Positions 1-8,787 of a DNA stretch of 64,000 nucleotides are shown piece by piece (within the stretch, counting starts at the first letter, position 1; every line of letters begins with the position of its first letter). A program made the position numbers and the translations under genes. The notes beneath the pieces were generated by a model, which saw nothing but the letters and a program-made list of their open reading frames with translations, was not told where the DNA came from and made no database searches. Origin of the DNA: Clostridium sp. CAG:288 (GTDB lineage: Bacteria > Bacillota_I > Bacilli_A > RFN20 > CAG-288); NCBI GenBank assembly GCA_000437395.1, contig FR898169.1, forward strand, positions 85-64,084, in the 5' to 3' direction.

Positions 1-840
1 TTGGAAATGCTCGGCATCAAGGTTGAACCCAAAGCACTGCTTCAATATTCCGCGTACAGTACGCAGGAGGAAGATCAGAGCTTTGGGCTCTTTTATTAAA
101 CAAAACTATCGCAATTTGCAGAAATGTAACTTATGAAACAACGAAAAATCATTTACGAAAACGCGCGGCAGAATTTGTTCGTTTCATCAGTCAAAAAAGC
201 TCCTCCGAAAACCGGAAGGAGCTGAATGCAAAATTATCCGAACAAGGTAAGCTGATAAAGAGAAACGAGGAGCTGAACCTGCTGTTCAAACGACTGTATG
301 AGGACAATGTACTTGGTAAAGTTACAAATGAGCAGTTCCGGATGCTGTCAGATGGCTATAACGCCGAACAAAAAACGACTGTCGAACGCTTGGAACAACT
401 CAAAGCCGAAATTGAACAGCTTAAGTCCACTGCAATCAATGTGGAAAGGTTCGTGGCGCTCGCACGCAAGTATACGGATATACTGGAGCTGACACCCGAG
501 ATCCTGCGGACATTCATCAGCAAAATCGTGATTCACGAGCGCCCGTCACGAAAGAAAAACGAGGGTGAGCAACGGATCGACATTTACTTCACGCACATCG
601 GCTCCATGCCGGACAGTGAATCGGAAAGAGTCGATCATTGCAGGGACAAAGCCATCTCCGCAAAAACAGCAGAATTTCCGGATGCACATCAGAAACCGAT
701 TTCACCGATCCGGGCGTAGCATGAACAAAAAGCCGAACGGCTCTGAGCAAGTTATTCAGACTCACAAAGCCTTTCGCAAAACGAAAAGGACGAACAGCCG
801 AAACTGTTCGTCCTTCCCGCCCGATTGCTTCTGTTTCTCA
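1..840. mobile_element. GC-rich (~50% GC) segment that is compositionally foreign to the rest of the window (~30% GC). It carries the 3' end of a large serine recombinase gene. The composition drops sharply at ~840/841, 33 bp from the trmL stop. It is either the end of an integrated or transposed element or a chimeric junction.
   Basis: Lines 1-840 are about 47-55% GC and the drop at 841 is abrupt. The recombinase C-terminal domain is at 27-719. A 10-bp GC-rich stem-loop (GGACGAACAG..CTGTTCGTCC) lies at 789-814. Confidence 0.4.
27..719 (+). pseudogene. 3' portion of a large serine recombinase (TnpX/TndX-like) with coiled-coil and DUF4368-like C-terminal regions. It is truncated or frameshifted at the window edge.
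   Basis: The frame from 27 to 719 translates as ...NEELNLLFKRLYEDNVLGKVTNEQFRMLSDGYNAEQKTTVERLEQLKAEIEQL...LTPEILRTFISKIVIHER...QRIDIYFTHIG, typical of the C-terminus of clostridial-type serine recombinases. There is an in-frame stop at 24-26 and no ATG until 342. A different frame is open over 1-96, so at least one frameshift or truncation is implied. Confidence 0.5.
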
Positions 841-872
841 TAATTCATCTTTATGAGAAGGAAGCAAAAAAT

Positions 873-1394
873 CTAGCTCTTTTTATCTTCCTCAAATAAG
901 AAATCTTCGCCTTTAATTTGTTCGCTTGTAGCTAAATTATTAAATCCTTGTTGTCTTATGGCTTCAGATAAAACAATAGCAACAGAATTTGCCAAGTTTA
1001 AGCTTCTTGCATTAGCCACCATTGGTATTCTCATTGTTTTTTCAAAATTTTTTCTAAGTAAATCGTGTGGTAAACCTGTCGATTCTCTTCCAAACAACAA
1101 ATAATAGTCTTTATTATTATCACTTAAATCAAATTCAGAATATACTTTTTTAGAATATCTAGTTACAAATCGATACTCGCCACTTGTATTAGCGAAAAAC
1201 TCATCAAAAGTATCATATTTTGTAATATTAACTCCTGATAAATAATCCATACCAGCTCTTTTTAAGGATTTATCAGATATATCAAACGAAGTATAACCAA
1301 CAACTACTAAATCAGCACCTAAACACATGCAAGTTCTAATAATATTACCTACGTTTGCCGGCTTTTCAGGTTCAAATAAAACTATGTGATTCAT
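873..1394 (-). CDS. trmL: tRNA (cytidine/uridine-2'-O)-methyltransferase TrmL (SpoU/TrmH family)
   Basis: 173-aa SpoU-fold methyltransferase: MNHIVLFEPEKPANVGNIIRTC...LLFGRESTGLP...MVANARSLNLANSVAIVLSEA. TAG stop. Confidence 0.85.
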   Translation of the reverse strand: MNHIVLFEPEKPANVGNIIRTCMCLGADLVVVGYTSFDISDKSLKRAGMDYLSGVNITKYDTFDEFFANTSGEYRFVTRYSKKVYSEFDLSDNNKDYYLLFGRESTGLPHDLLRKNFEKTMRIPMVANARSLNLANSVAIVLSEAIRQQGFNNLATSEQIKGEDFLFEEDKKS

Positions 1395-1396
1395 TT

Positions 1397-3154
1397 TTAT
1401 CTTTCGACAGCTTTTGTAAGCATCTTTAATAAAGCAAGCAATCTTTCATTACCTTGAATTCTCTTAGACAACTTTTCATATACCATTTGGTGGTAATTAT
1501 TTATCCATGAAATTTCATCATCACTTAATAAACCTAAATCCAAGTATTTAGTTTCTATTGGGCAATAAGTTACAGTTTCAAACTTATAGAAAACTCCATC
1601 TTCGGTTTCAAAAGCTGGTACTGTTAATAATTCATTTTCAATTCTAATACCGTATTTTGAAGCTTTATAAACTCCAGGTTCGATAGTTGTTATCATTCCA
1701 GGTTCTAGTTTAGATCCATCATCTCTTTCAGGTACATGTTTATATCTAAATCCATTAGGTCCTTCATGTACACCTAAAATATAACCAACGCCATGACCTG
1801 TGCCACACTTATAATCCATACCAAGTCTCCACATAATTTCACGGGCTTTGATATCGATTGCTGTACCAGCACAACCATCCATAAAAATTGAGGTCGTCAA
1901 ATTAATAACACTCTTTAATGTTAACGTATAGTCACGTCTTAATTCAGCATCAGGTTCTTTAAGGAGAAATGTTCTTGTTATATCTGTTGTTCCACCAAAA
2001 TATTGACCACCAGAGTCAACTAAGAGAACGTTGTCATTAAGTGTAACAATAGATGACTTATCTTTAGTAGGTCCATAGTGCATTTGTGCAGCATTTTCAC
2101 CGACTGCAGCAATAGTTTCGAATGATAATTCGAAGCAATCTTTTGACTGTCTACGATATTTCTCTAATTCTTCAGCATATTCATATTCAGATAAATTTTT
2201 ACCTAAATTTGTATATAAGAAGTCGTAGAACTTAAGCATTGCTACACCATCAAGTTCGTGAATTCTTTTAATATTCTCAATTTCAACTGGGCCTTTGACT
2301 GCTTTCATTAAATAGCTTGGACTTTTTCCATTGAGTGGTTTAGCAATAAGATTATATAATTTAGCGTTAATTTTTGTTTTATCAACTAAGATAATTTCAT
2401 TAGTCTTCTCTTTAATGAAATCGACTACATCATCATATTCATGAACATGAATATTTGAATAATCTACATCGCTTAACTTGTCTTTATCAATGAAGAGATG
2501 AACTTCATTATTTTTATTAATATATAAGAAAGAGTAGAAAACTGGAGTGCATTCAATATCATTACCACGCCAATTTAAGATATAAGCTATATCATCTAAA
2601 GTTGTAATTATAATGCTATCAGCGCCTTTATTCTCAATTTCACTAGCAACTTTTGCAACTTTTTCTTTGAAGCTCAAAGTAAATAATTTTTCATCTAATG
2701 CAAATACTTTGTCTTTGGATAATTCAGGCTTATTTTCAACAAGATAAGAGTAGTCTCTATCGTTGACAATACCGTTTTTAGCAACACCTTCATAGAAACC
2801 TTCAGGCATATAGAATAAATTACCTGCTGTTGGATATAAATCGTTTTGGGAGATAAACTCAGCAATTGTTGGGCAACCTTTTGTACCCATTTTCATCAAG
2901 GTAACACTTGAATCAGCTAATTCTTTTTCTGCTTGGATAAAATATCTTCCATCAGTAAATAAATAAGCTCCATCTAATGTGACTACTAAAGAGCCATCGC
3001 TACCAGTAAATGGTGAAAAATAAAATCTTTCAGCAATAAATTTACTAGCAACGTATTCAGAAGAATGTGGATCACCTGTCAAAATAATATATGATTTATC
3101 CCCATTCTTTTTCATTTCTTCACGTAATTTTGTAAGTCTGTTTTTATCAAACAT
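1397..3154 (-). CDS. Xaa-Pro aminopeptidase / aminopeptidase P family (M24B) with an N-terminal creatinase-like domain
   Basis: 585 aa with a C-terminal M24 metal-binding core (HGVGYILGVHEGP, EPGMITTIEPGVY). Tightly packed 2 bp downstream of trmL and 15 bp downstream of proS. Confidence 0.8.
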   Translation of the reverse strand: MFDKNRLTKLREEMKKNGDKSYIILTGDPHSSEYVASKFIAERFYFSPFTGSDGSLVVTLDGAYLFTDGRYFIQAEKELADSSVTLMKMGTKGCPTIAEFISQNDLYPTAGNLFYMPEGFYEGVAKNGIVNDRDYSYLVENKPELSKDKVFALDEKLFTLSFKEKVAKVASEIENKGADSIIITTLDDIAYILNWRGNDIECTPVFYSFLYINKNNEVHLFIDKDKLSDVDYSNIHVHEYDDVVDFIKEKTNEIILVDKTKINAKLYNLIAKPLNGKSPSYLMKAVKGPVEIENIKRIHELDGVAMLKFYDFLYTNLGKNLSEYEYAEELEKYRRQSKDCFELSFETIAAVGENAAQMHYGPTKDKSSIVTLNDNVLLVDSGGQYFGGTTDITRTFLLKEPDAELRRDYTLTLKSVINLTTSIFMDGCAGTAIDIKAREIMWRLGMDYKCGTGHGVGYILGVHEGPNGFRYKHVPERDDGSKLEPGMITTIEPGVYKASKYGIRIENELLTVPAFETEDGVFYKFETVTYCPIETKYLDLGLLSDDEISWINNYHQMVYEKLSKRIQGNERLLALLKMLTKAVER

Positions 3155-3169
3155 AACAACACCTCTTAA

Positions 3170-4609
3170 TTAATATGCTCTAGCAAATAAAACAACTTTC
3201 TTTGCTTTTTTACCACAAATTGGGCATGTATCATCAAATGGTTTTTGATCAAATGGCATGCAACGGCTTGAAGCGTTAAGTCTATCTTTAATAGCAACTT
3301 CGCATTCTTCATCACCACACCACATCATCTTGGCGTAACCCTTACCACCTTCAATGACATCTTTTAATTCTTCATATGTATGAACTTCAGTAACGTGACT
3401 TTCTAAATATTTTTGTGCCTTTTCGTACATACCTTCGTTAATTAATTTAAATTCTTCATAGCACTTTTCAGCGATATTTTCTAAAGGCCAAGCTTGTTTA
3501 ACTCCATCAAATCTTCTTGTAACAGTAATTTGATTATTAGCTAAGTCTCTTGGACCAACTTCAATTCTTAAAGGTACACCCTTCATTTCATATTCAGAGA
3601 ACTTCCAACCAGGTGTTCTATCAGAATCATCTAATTTAACTTTAATGCCTTTTTCGATTAATTCATTTTTAATGTTCTCTGCAACTTTAGCAACTTCTGG
3701 ATTTTCGTGAGCTCTGACTGGAATAATAACAACTTGAATTGGTGCGACATAAGGTGGTAAAACTAAACCATTATCATCACCATGTTCCATAATAATTGAA
3801 CCGATTAATCTTGTAGAAGCTCCAAAAGATGTTTGATGTGGATAAACATATTCATTGTTTTCATTTAAGAATTTAACGCCAAACTTAGAGCAGAAACCTG
3901 TACCAAAGTAGTGAGTAGTTCCTGATTGCAATGCTTGACCATCTGGCATTAAAGCTTCAATAGAATATGTCTCTTCAGCACCAGCAAACTTTTCTCTATC
4001 AGTTTTTCTGCCCATTGTAAATGGGAAAGCTAAAAGTTCTTTACCCATTCTGTTATAGACATGTAACATATCCAATGCTTCTTGACGAGCTTCTTTCTCT
4101 GTTCTATGTAAAGTATGACCTTCTTGCCATAAGAATTCCTTACCACGTAAGAAAGGTCTAGTTGTCTTTTCCCATCTTACAACACTACACCATTGATTGT
4201 ATTTGATTGGTAAATCACGATAAGAATTTAAAATATCTTTAAAGTGATCACAGAATAAAACTTCAGATGTAGGTCTAACAAAAAGTCTTTCATCTAAGTT
4301 ATTTTGTCCGCCAATTGTAACTATAGCACATTCAGGTGCAAAGCCATTAACGTGCTCTTTTTCTAAATTTAAAAGTGATTCTGGAATTAAGCATGGCATA
4401 TAGACATTTTGGTGCCCTGTCTTTTTAAATTCTTTATCAAGCCAAGCTTGTATATTTTCCCAAATAGCATATCCATAAGGTCGATATATAATAAATCCTT
4501 TTGCTCTAGAATAATCCATTAATTCTGCTTTAAGGCAAACATCAGTATACCATTTGCCCATGTCTTGCTCTCTAGGAGTAATGGCATTGTTTTTTTTCAT
4601 TTGACTCAT
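3170..4609 (-). CDS. proS: Proline--tRNA ligase, archaeal/eukaryotic-type class II enzyme with a C-terminal zinc-binding tail
   Basis: 479 aa with class II motifs and a C-terminal CPICGKKAKKVVLFARAY. RBS AAAGGAGAT lies 8 nt upstream of the start. Confidence 0.9.
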   Translation of the reverse strand: MSQMKKNNAITPREQDMGKWYTDVCLKAELMDYSRAKGFIIYRPYGYAIWENIQAWLDKEFKKTGHQNVYMPCLIPESLLNLEKEHVNGFAPECAIVTIGGQNNLDERLFVRPTSEVLFCDHFKDILNSYRDLPIKYNQWCSVVRWEKTTRPFLRGKEFLWQEGHTLHRTEKEARQEALDMLHVYNRMGKELLAFPFTMGRKTDREKFAGAEETYSIEALMPDGQALQSGTTHYFGTGFCSKFGVKFLNENNEYVYPHQTSFGASTRLIGSIIMEHGDDNGLVLPPYVAPIQVVIIPVRAHENPEVAKVAENIKNELIEKGIKVKLDDSDRTPGWKFSEYEMKGVPLRIEVGPRDLANNQITVTRRFDGVKQAWPLENIAEKCYEEFKLINEGMYEKAQKYLESHVTEVHTYEELKDVIEGGKGYAKMMWCGDEECEVAIKDRLNASSRCMPFDQKPFDDTCPICGKKAKKVVLFARAY

Positions 4610-4640
4610 TTTTATAATATCTCCTTTATTTAGCCAATGT

Positions 4641-4680
4641 ATTATATCATATTGAATAATTAAGTTTAATAAAAATGAAG
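4641..4680 (-). promoter_or_regulatory. Candidate proS promoter with an extended -10 element (TGATATAAT on the minus strand)
   Basis: The reverse complement of 4641-4649 is TGATATAAT. It lies between the upstream terminator and the proS RBS. The -35 element is weak. Confidence 0.3.
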
Positions 4681-4711
4681 CTAGATTTAGTTATATATTT
4701 AATCTAGCTTC
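4666..4711 (-). terminator. Rho-independent terminator downstream of the 575-aa membrane protein gene
   Basis: Perfect 11-bp stem GAAGCTAGATT/AATCTAGCTTC at 4677-4687 and 4701-4711 with a 13-nt loop. On the minus strand it is followed by ATTTTTATT. Confidence 0.6.
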
Positions 4712-4719
4712 ACATTATT

Positions 4720-6447
4720 TTAGCTCTTTATTTTTTCAATTTTTTCTTTTGTATCTTCGTCAAGTTTTTCGAGTGTTGAACTTGCATCTAATATAGCTGG
4801 ACACGAGAAGTTTTTAACACCTAATCTCAATGCTATTTCCAAGTTATCGATAGAAGAGATTTGTTGAACAATAAAATCTCCTTTATAGACAGAATATTGG
4901 TCTATTAACGTTCTAAGGGTGATAGATGTTCTATTGTCTAAAGTTAATTCTTCAGACAATTTCTTTGATGTTAAGAAATAGTCAAATTTAGATAAAACGT
5001 CTTCAGTTAACTCAGATAACTCGTTGTCTATTATTAATGCGACACTCAGTTTCTTATCAATAATATCTACAAGCTTTTCTGCTAAATCATCGTACTCATC
5101 ATTATAAGTTACTAAATCATCTTCATGGAAACAAACAACAGGAGAGATATTCTCATACTCATTTATAAACAATCTCAAATAATCATTAATGTAGTTAATT
5201 TGAGCAGTAAACATTATTTTAACTGTCTCATTTAATTTACCTATTTGATTTATTGCACCTAAAGCTGTTGTTTTTAAAATAGGATGCAACAACCTTAGTT
5301 CGTTTGCTGTTTCAAATATTTCATTAATATTTTCAAAATTAGTTCCATATGGATCTATTGTAAGCTTATAAGCTATGATATCTAACTTGTCAGCATTAAT
5401 TATAGGTGTAAAATAGAATCTAAATGTTTTGTTATGAATTAAAGTGACAATATCTCTATATCCCACAGAGCTAACCATAGAAGCGTAGTCTTTATTAGAA
5501 TCATATAATTCAAAACCTATTTCTTCTTTTTGTTCTGCTAATATTGCCATGTCTCTAGCATGACCAATCATAGATTTTAAATCCATAAGATTTTCGTTAA
5601 GAACTAATCCAGCATAAAGTTCATAATTGTCTGATAACGAGTTAATTGTTAGGAACGTATCAGTTAATTGTTTAATTCTATTAGCTAAACCGACAATAGC
5701 GGCTCGACTTGAAAGAGCATAATCAACAACAGCAATTTCAAAATTGGTAAGATTAATTAAGAATCTGTTTTCGTTGAGAATTTGAGCAACATAGTTTACA
5801 AGTTGAATCATTATTGGGTTGATTGTTTTTTCATCAAGTTCATATGAGTGAGCTGAGAAAAGTTTAATCAAAATAATACCACCTTTACCATTAAGTCTAT
5901 GCTTTTCAGAATGGGCGAGAATTTCAGGCAAAGTCTTAATATAATTTCTATTCTTCTTTTTCTTTTTTGTTTGATAAGAAAGATATGGTAAAAGATGACT
6001 TTCAAAGTGAACGATCTTTTTTGTTCTGTTTATAGAAGTAAGTTCGAATAATGAAGAAGCGATTTCTTTGTTTCTACGTAAATAAACCTTAGTTTCAAGA
6101 TATTCTCTAGCTTTATCAGAATCATTGATGTTGTTTGCTAACCAATTTTTAACGTTTTCAACGTCATCGCTTGGAAATTGTTTGTAAAAATAATCGATAG
6201 ATTGAGTAATCTTTCTTTTAATATCTTTACGGTCAAAATAAGAGATTAAGTTTGCTGAATAATCAAAAGAATAAAATCTAACATTGTATTCATATTTTTT
6301 AATGTGACGCTTTAAAATTACTTTTCCATGTCCACGATTTGCAATCATTAAGATCAAAGTAAAAACACCTATTATAAGTAATACACCCATAATAAGGAGA
6401 AAAATTTTATCTATTCTATTTAATTGAAGTGAAAATAATGTTTTCAT
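4720..6447 (-). CDS. Membrane-anchored 575-aa protein of uncertain function. It may be a degenerate GGDEF/EAL-like signalling protein, but the catalytic motifs are not conserved.
   Basis: Single N-terminal TM (IFLLIMGVLLIIGVFTLILMIA). The LTNFEIAVVD segment aligns loosely with the RYGGEEF region of GGDEF domains. No intact GGDEF or EAL signature was found. Confidence 0.45.
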   Translation of the reverse strand: MKTLFSLQLNRIDKIFLLIMGVLLIIGVFTLILMIANRGHGKVILKRHIKKYEYNVRFYSFDYSANLISYFDRKDIKRKITQSIDYFYKQFPSDDVENVKNWLANNINDSDKAREYLETKVYLRRNKEIASSLFELTSINRTKKIVHFESHLLPYLSYQTKKKKKNRNYIKTLPEILAHSEKHRLNGKGGIILIKLFSAHSYELDEKTINPIMIQLVNYVAQILNENRFLINLTNFEIAVVDYALSSRAAIVGLANRIKQLTDTFLTINSLSDNYELYAGLVLNENLMDLKSMIGHARDMAILAEQKEEIGFELYDSNKDYASMVSSVGYRDIVTLIHNKTFRFYFTPIINADKLDIIAYKLTIDPYGTNFENINEIFETANELRLLHPILKTTALGAINQIGKLNETVKIMFTAQINYINDYLRLFINEYENISPVVCFHEDDLVTYNDEYDDLAEKLVDIIDKKLSVALIIDNELSELTEDVLSKFDYFLTSKKLSEELTLDNRTSITLRTLIDQYSVYKGDFIVQQISSIDNLEIALRLGVKNFSCPAILDASSTLEKLDEDTKEKIEKIKS

Positions 6448-6534
6448 ATACTATTCTTTCTGTTAACAATGATTATTATATAACATTTATAGATATGTAC
6501 AAAAGTGATATTTTTTGATATAATCGCAAAAGTT

Positions 6535-6626
6535 GGAGCAATACTCAAGTTGGCTGAAGAGACTGGTTTCGAAAACCAGCAGTAGGGCCCACCCTAGCAA
6601 GGGTTCGAATCCCTTTTGCTCCGCCA
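6535..6626 (+). tRNA. tRNA-Ser (anticodon CGA), type II with a long variable arm and encoded CCA
   Basis: GGAGCAATACTCAAGTTGGCTGAAGAG...CTGGT-TTCGAAA-ACCAG...GGGTTCGAATCCCTTTTGCTCCGCCA. The anticodon loop TTCGAAA gives CGA. Confidence 0.85.
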
Positions 6627-6641
6627 TTAAAGATACAATAG

Positions 6642-6674
6642 GTTTGATGCAGTAAAATGTGTCAAACTTTTTTA
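6642..6674 (+). terminator. Terminator after tRNA-Ser
   Basis: Stem GTTTGA..TCAAAC, imperfectly extended, followed by TTTTTTATTTTT. Confidence 0.45.
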
Positions 6675-6899
6675 TTTTTATAGAAGTATAACTTCTACTG
6701 TTTAGAATTTTGAACTTTTATGTATTACTAAACAATTGATAAAACTTTGAAATGATTTTTAATATTAAGAACAATTACATAACAACAATCAATTTATAAA
6801 ATATAATTTAATTTTTTCTTAACAAAATGGGGGAAAACTATAATATTTCTTGGTTAGTCAAATCTAACTTATAAAAATATATTAAGAAGGACTTATTTT

Positions 6900-7094
6900 A
6901 TGAAAGAAAAGAATAGAGATCAAATAATAGGTGCATTTGTAATTACAATTATCGGATTAATTATAAGTATCGTTTTACAATTTCAATGTGAAATTCCTTT
7001 TTATTTCACAGGAACTTTATTAATTTTAATTGATCTATTATATTTGATAGTTATTGTTATAAAACACTTTGATACTTTGGAATCAAAAAAATAA
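6900..7094 (+). CDS. Small hydrophobic protein (64 aa, two TM helices), hypothetical
   Basis: The ORF has a preceding AAGAAGGA RBS-like sequence. It is very AT-rich, and no homology was recognised. Confidence 0.3.
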   Translation: MKEKNRDQIIGAFVITIIGLIISIVLQFQCEIPFYFTGTLLILIDLLYLIVIVIKHFDTLESKK

Positions 7095-7158
7095 AAAGTT
7101 TGTTTTTTTTCCTTATTTGTGTAATAATTTTTACAGTACATTAAGTGAGGAAAATAAA

Positions 7159-7533
7159 ATGGATGAATTTATTTTAGTATTAGGCGAAGAAAACAATATA
7201 TTGCCTGGAAGACTATGGAGTGGTTATAAAGTCAAAGTCTTAGATGATAAAATGATATGCACACCAAACAAAGAAAAAACGCTTAATTATGAAATTTATT
7301 TTAAAGACTTTAAAAAAGCTGTATTCGGAATCGGCAATGCCAATTTATGGTTGCAATGTGAAACTATATATGGACCAATTGTCTTTTGTTCACCAAGAAG
7401 AAATTGGAAATCAGAGGCAGGCAAAAAAATAATTGAATCACTTGGAAAGTATATTAAAGTAGAAGGCATGGACGACTACAAAAAATACACTGGTAAATTT
7501 TGGTGGATTCACTGTTTTCTCTCTTATAGATAG
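7159..7533 (+). CDS. Hypothetical 124-aa protein; the likely true start is at MDEFILVLGEENN within the longer ORF 7069-7533
   Basis: RBS GTGAGGAAAATAAAATG lies upstream of the start, and the stop overlaps the terminator hairpin at 7530-7553. Confidence 0.4.
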   Translation: MDEFILVLGEENNILPGRLWSGYKVKVLDDKMICTPNKEKTLNYEIYFKDFKKAVFGIGNANLWLQCETIYGPIVFCSPRRNWKSEAGKKIIESLGKYIKVEGMDDYKKYTGKFWWIHCFLSYR

Positions 7534-7553
7534 AGCTTTTGCTCTATTTTTTA
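7530..7553 (+). terminator. Rho-independent terminator
   Basis: ATAGAGC-TTTT-GCTCTAT followed by TTTTTT. Confidence 0.55.
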
Positions 7554-7654
7554 TTTGATTATATATATTTATTTTAAAAAATGTATTATAACTTTAGAAA
7601 TGCCTGGGTCAAAATCTTTAGGAGAATAACTATGAAAAAATAGAAAAGATCAAA

Positions 7655-8614
7655 ATGCCCGAAAAAATTTTAAATATTATTTTAATTGTTATCGGTAGCT
7701 GTTTAGTAGCATTAGCAAACGCAGTTTTTATTGTACCTTTCGACATTGTTACAGGCGGTATGACTTCTGTAGCTATGATGATATCAAATTTAATGTATCC
7801 TATTTTTAATCAAAATATTACAGATATAGTTCTATGGATTATCAATACAATACTTTGGTTTGTCGCTCTGCTTTTAATAGGTAAAAAGTTTGCAATGTCT
7901 ACATTGATTAAAACAATTTTTTATTCGGCATTTATGATTTTATTTTTAAGATTAGATTTAGTAACAAAATGGTGATTACTAGCTTATTATCAAGTAGGTG
8001 ATGTTACAGCAAAACTAATTCTTTTTGGATTAGCTGGAGGCGTAATTAATGGATTTGGTGCCTCTTTATGCTTTATGGGAAAAGGCTCAACAGGTGGAAG
8101 TGATGTAATATCAATTTCATGTGTTAAATATCTTAATGTTAAACAATATATTGCCACCTTAACTATAGATGTAATAACAATATTGCTCGGTTTTGCTATT
8201 TTCCAAAGCTGGGGCAAGCTTTTGGTCGGTATTCTTGCTGCTTTAGTTGTTTCCCTTACAATAAAAACTATTTACGGAAAATATAATACTGTCTATATTA
8301 TTGATGTAATGACAGACAAAGTTGATGAAGTTCAAAAATTAGTTTCTGAAGAATTTAAAGATACATGTACAATATATACAGTTGAAGGTGGCTATTCTAA
8401 AGAAACCAAAAAAATAGTTCGTTGCGTTTTAATTTATAAAGAAGCAAAATTATTAAAAACAATTGTTCCAACAATTGATAGTAACGCCTTTATAACAGAA
8501 TATGAAAGCACCTCAGTTTATGGTGGATCAACATCAGATGCATATATAACTGAAAAGAAGAAAGAAAAAGTTTTAAATAAAATACATTTTAACATCAATA
8601 AAAAAGAAAAATAA
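7655..8614 (+). CDS. YitT-family membrane protein (DUF161 repeats plus C-terminal DUF2179) interrupted by a single in-frame TGA at 7973-7975. It is either a pseudogene or a recoded gene.
   Basis: ORFs 7655-7975 and 8075-8614 are in the same frame. Translation runs ...RLDLVTKW-TGA-LLAYYQVGDVTAKLILFGLAGGVINGFGASLCFMGKGSTGGSD..., restoring a full ~318-aa YitT-like protein with two GG-motif DUF161 halves and a C-terminal DUF2179. Confidence 0.6.
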
Positions 8615-8732
8615 GAATTATAATTTATAGATTTTCTTTGCTCAAAAAGGCAATTTTTTTACAGTTAAAAGCACACAAATAAACATATTGAAATTATTTT
8701 TAAAAATATTATTAAACATGATTTAATTTCAA

Positions 8733-8761
8733 TTGTGTTTTTTTTAATAAATCTATATAAT
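8733..8761 (+). promoter_or_regulatory. Candidate sigma-A promoter of the SPFH operon (TTGTGT-17-TATAAT)
   Basis: -35 at 8733-8738 and -10 at 8756-8761, about 27 bp upstream of the RBS AAAGGAGAA. Confidence 0.4.
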
Positions 8762-8787
8762 GAAGTTATAAAAAGGAGAATATTATT

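Noticed and set aside
565-843. 92-aa ORF in an alternative frame overlapping the recombinase 3' end
   Set aside because: It is a GC-rich, Arg/Ser-rich translation typical of an out-of-frame reading of a real gene, with no RBS.
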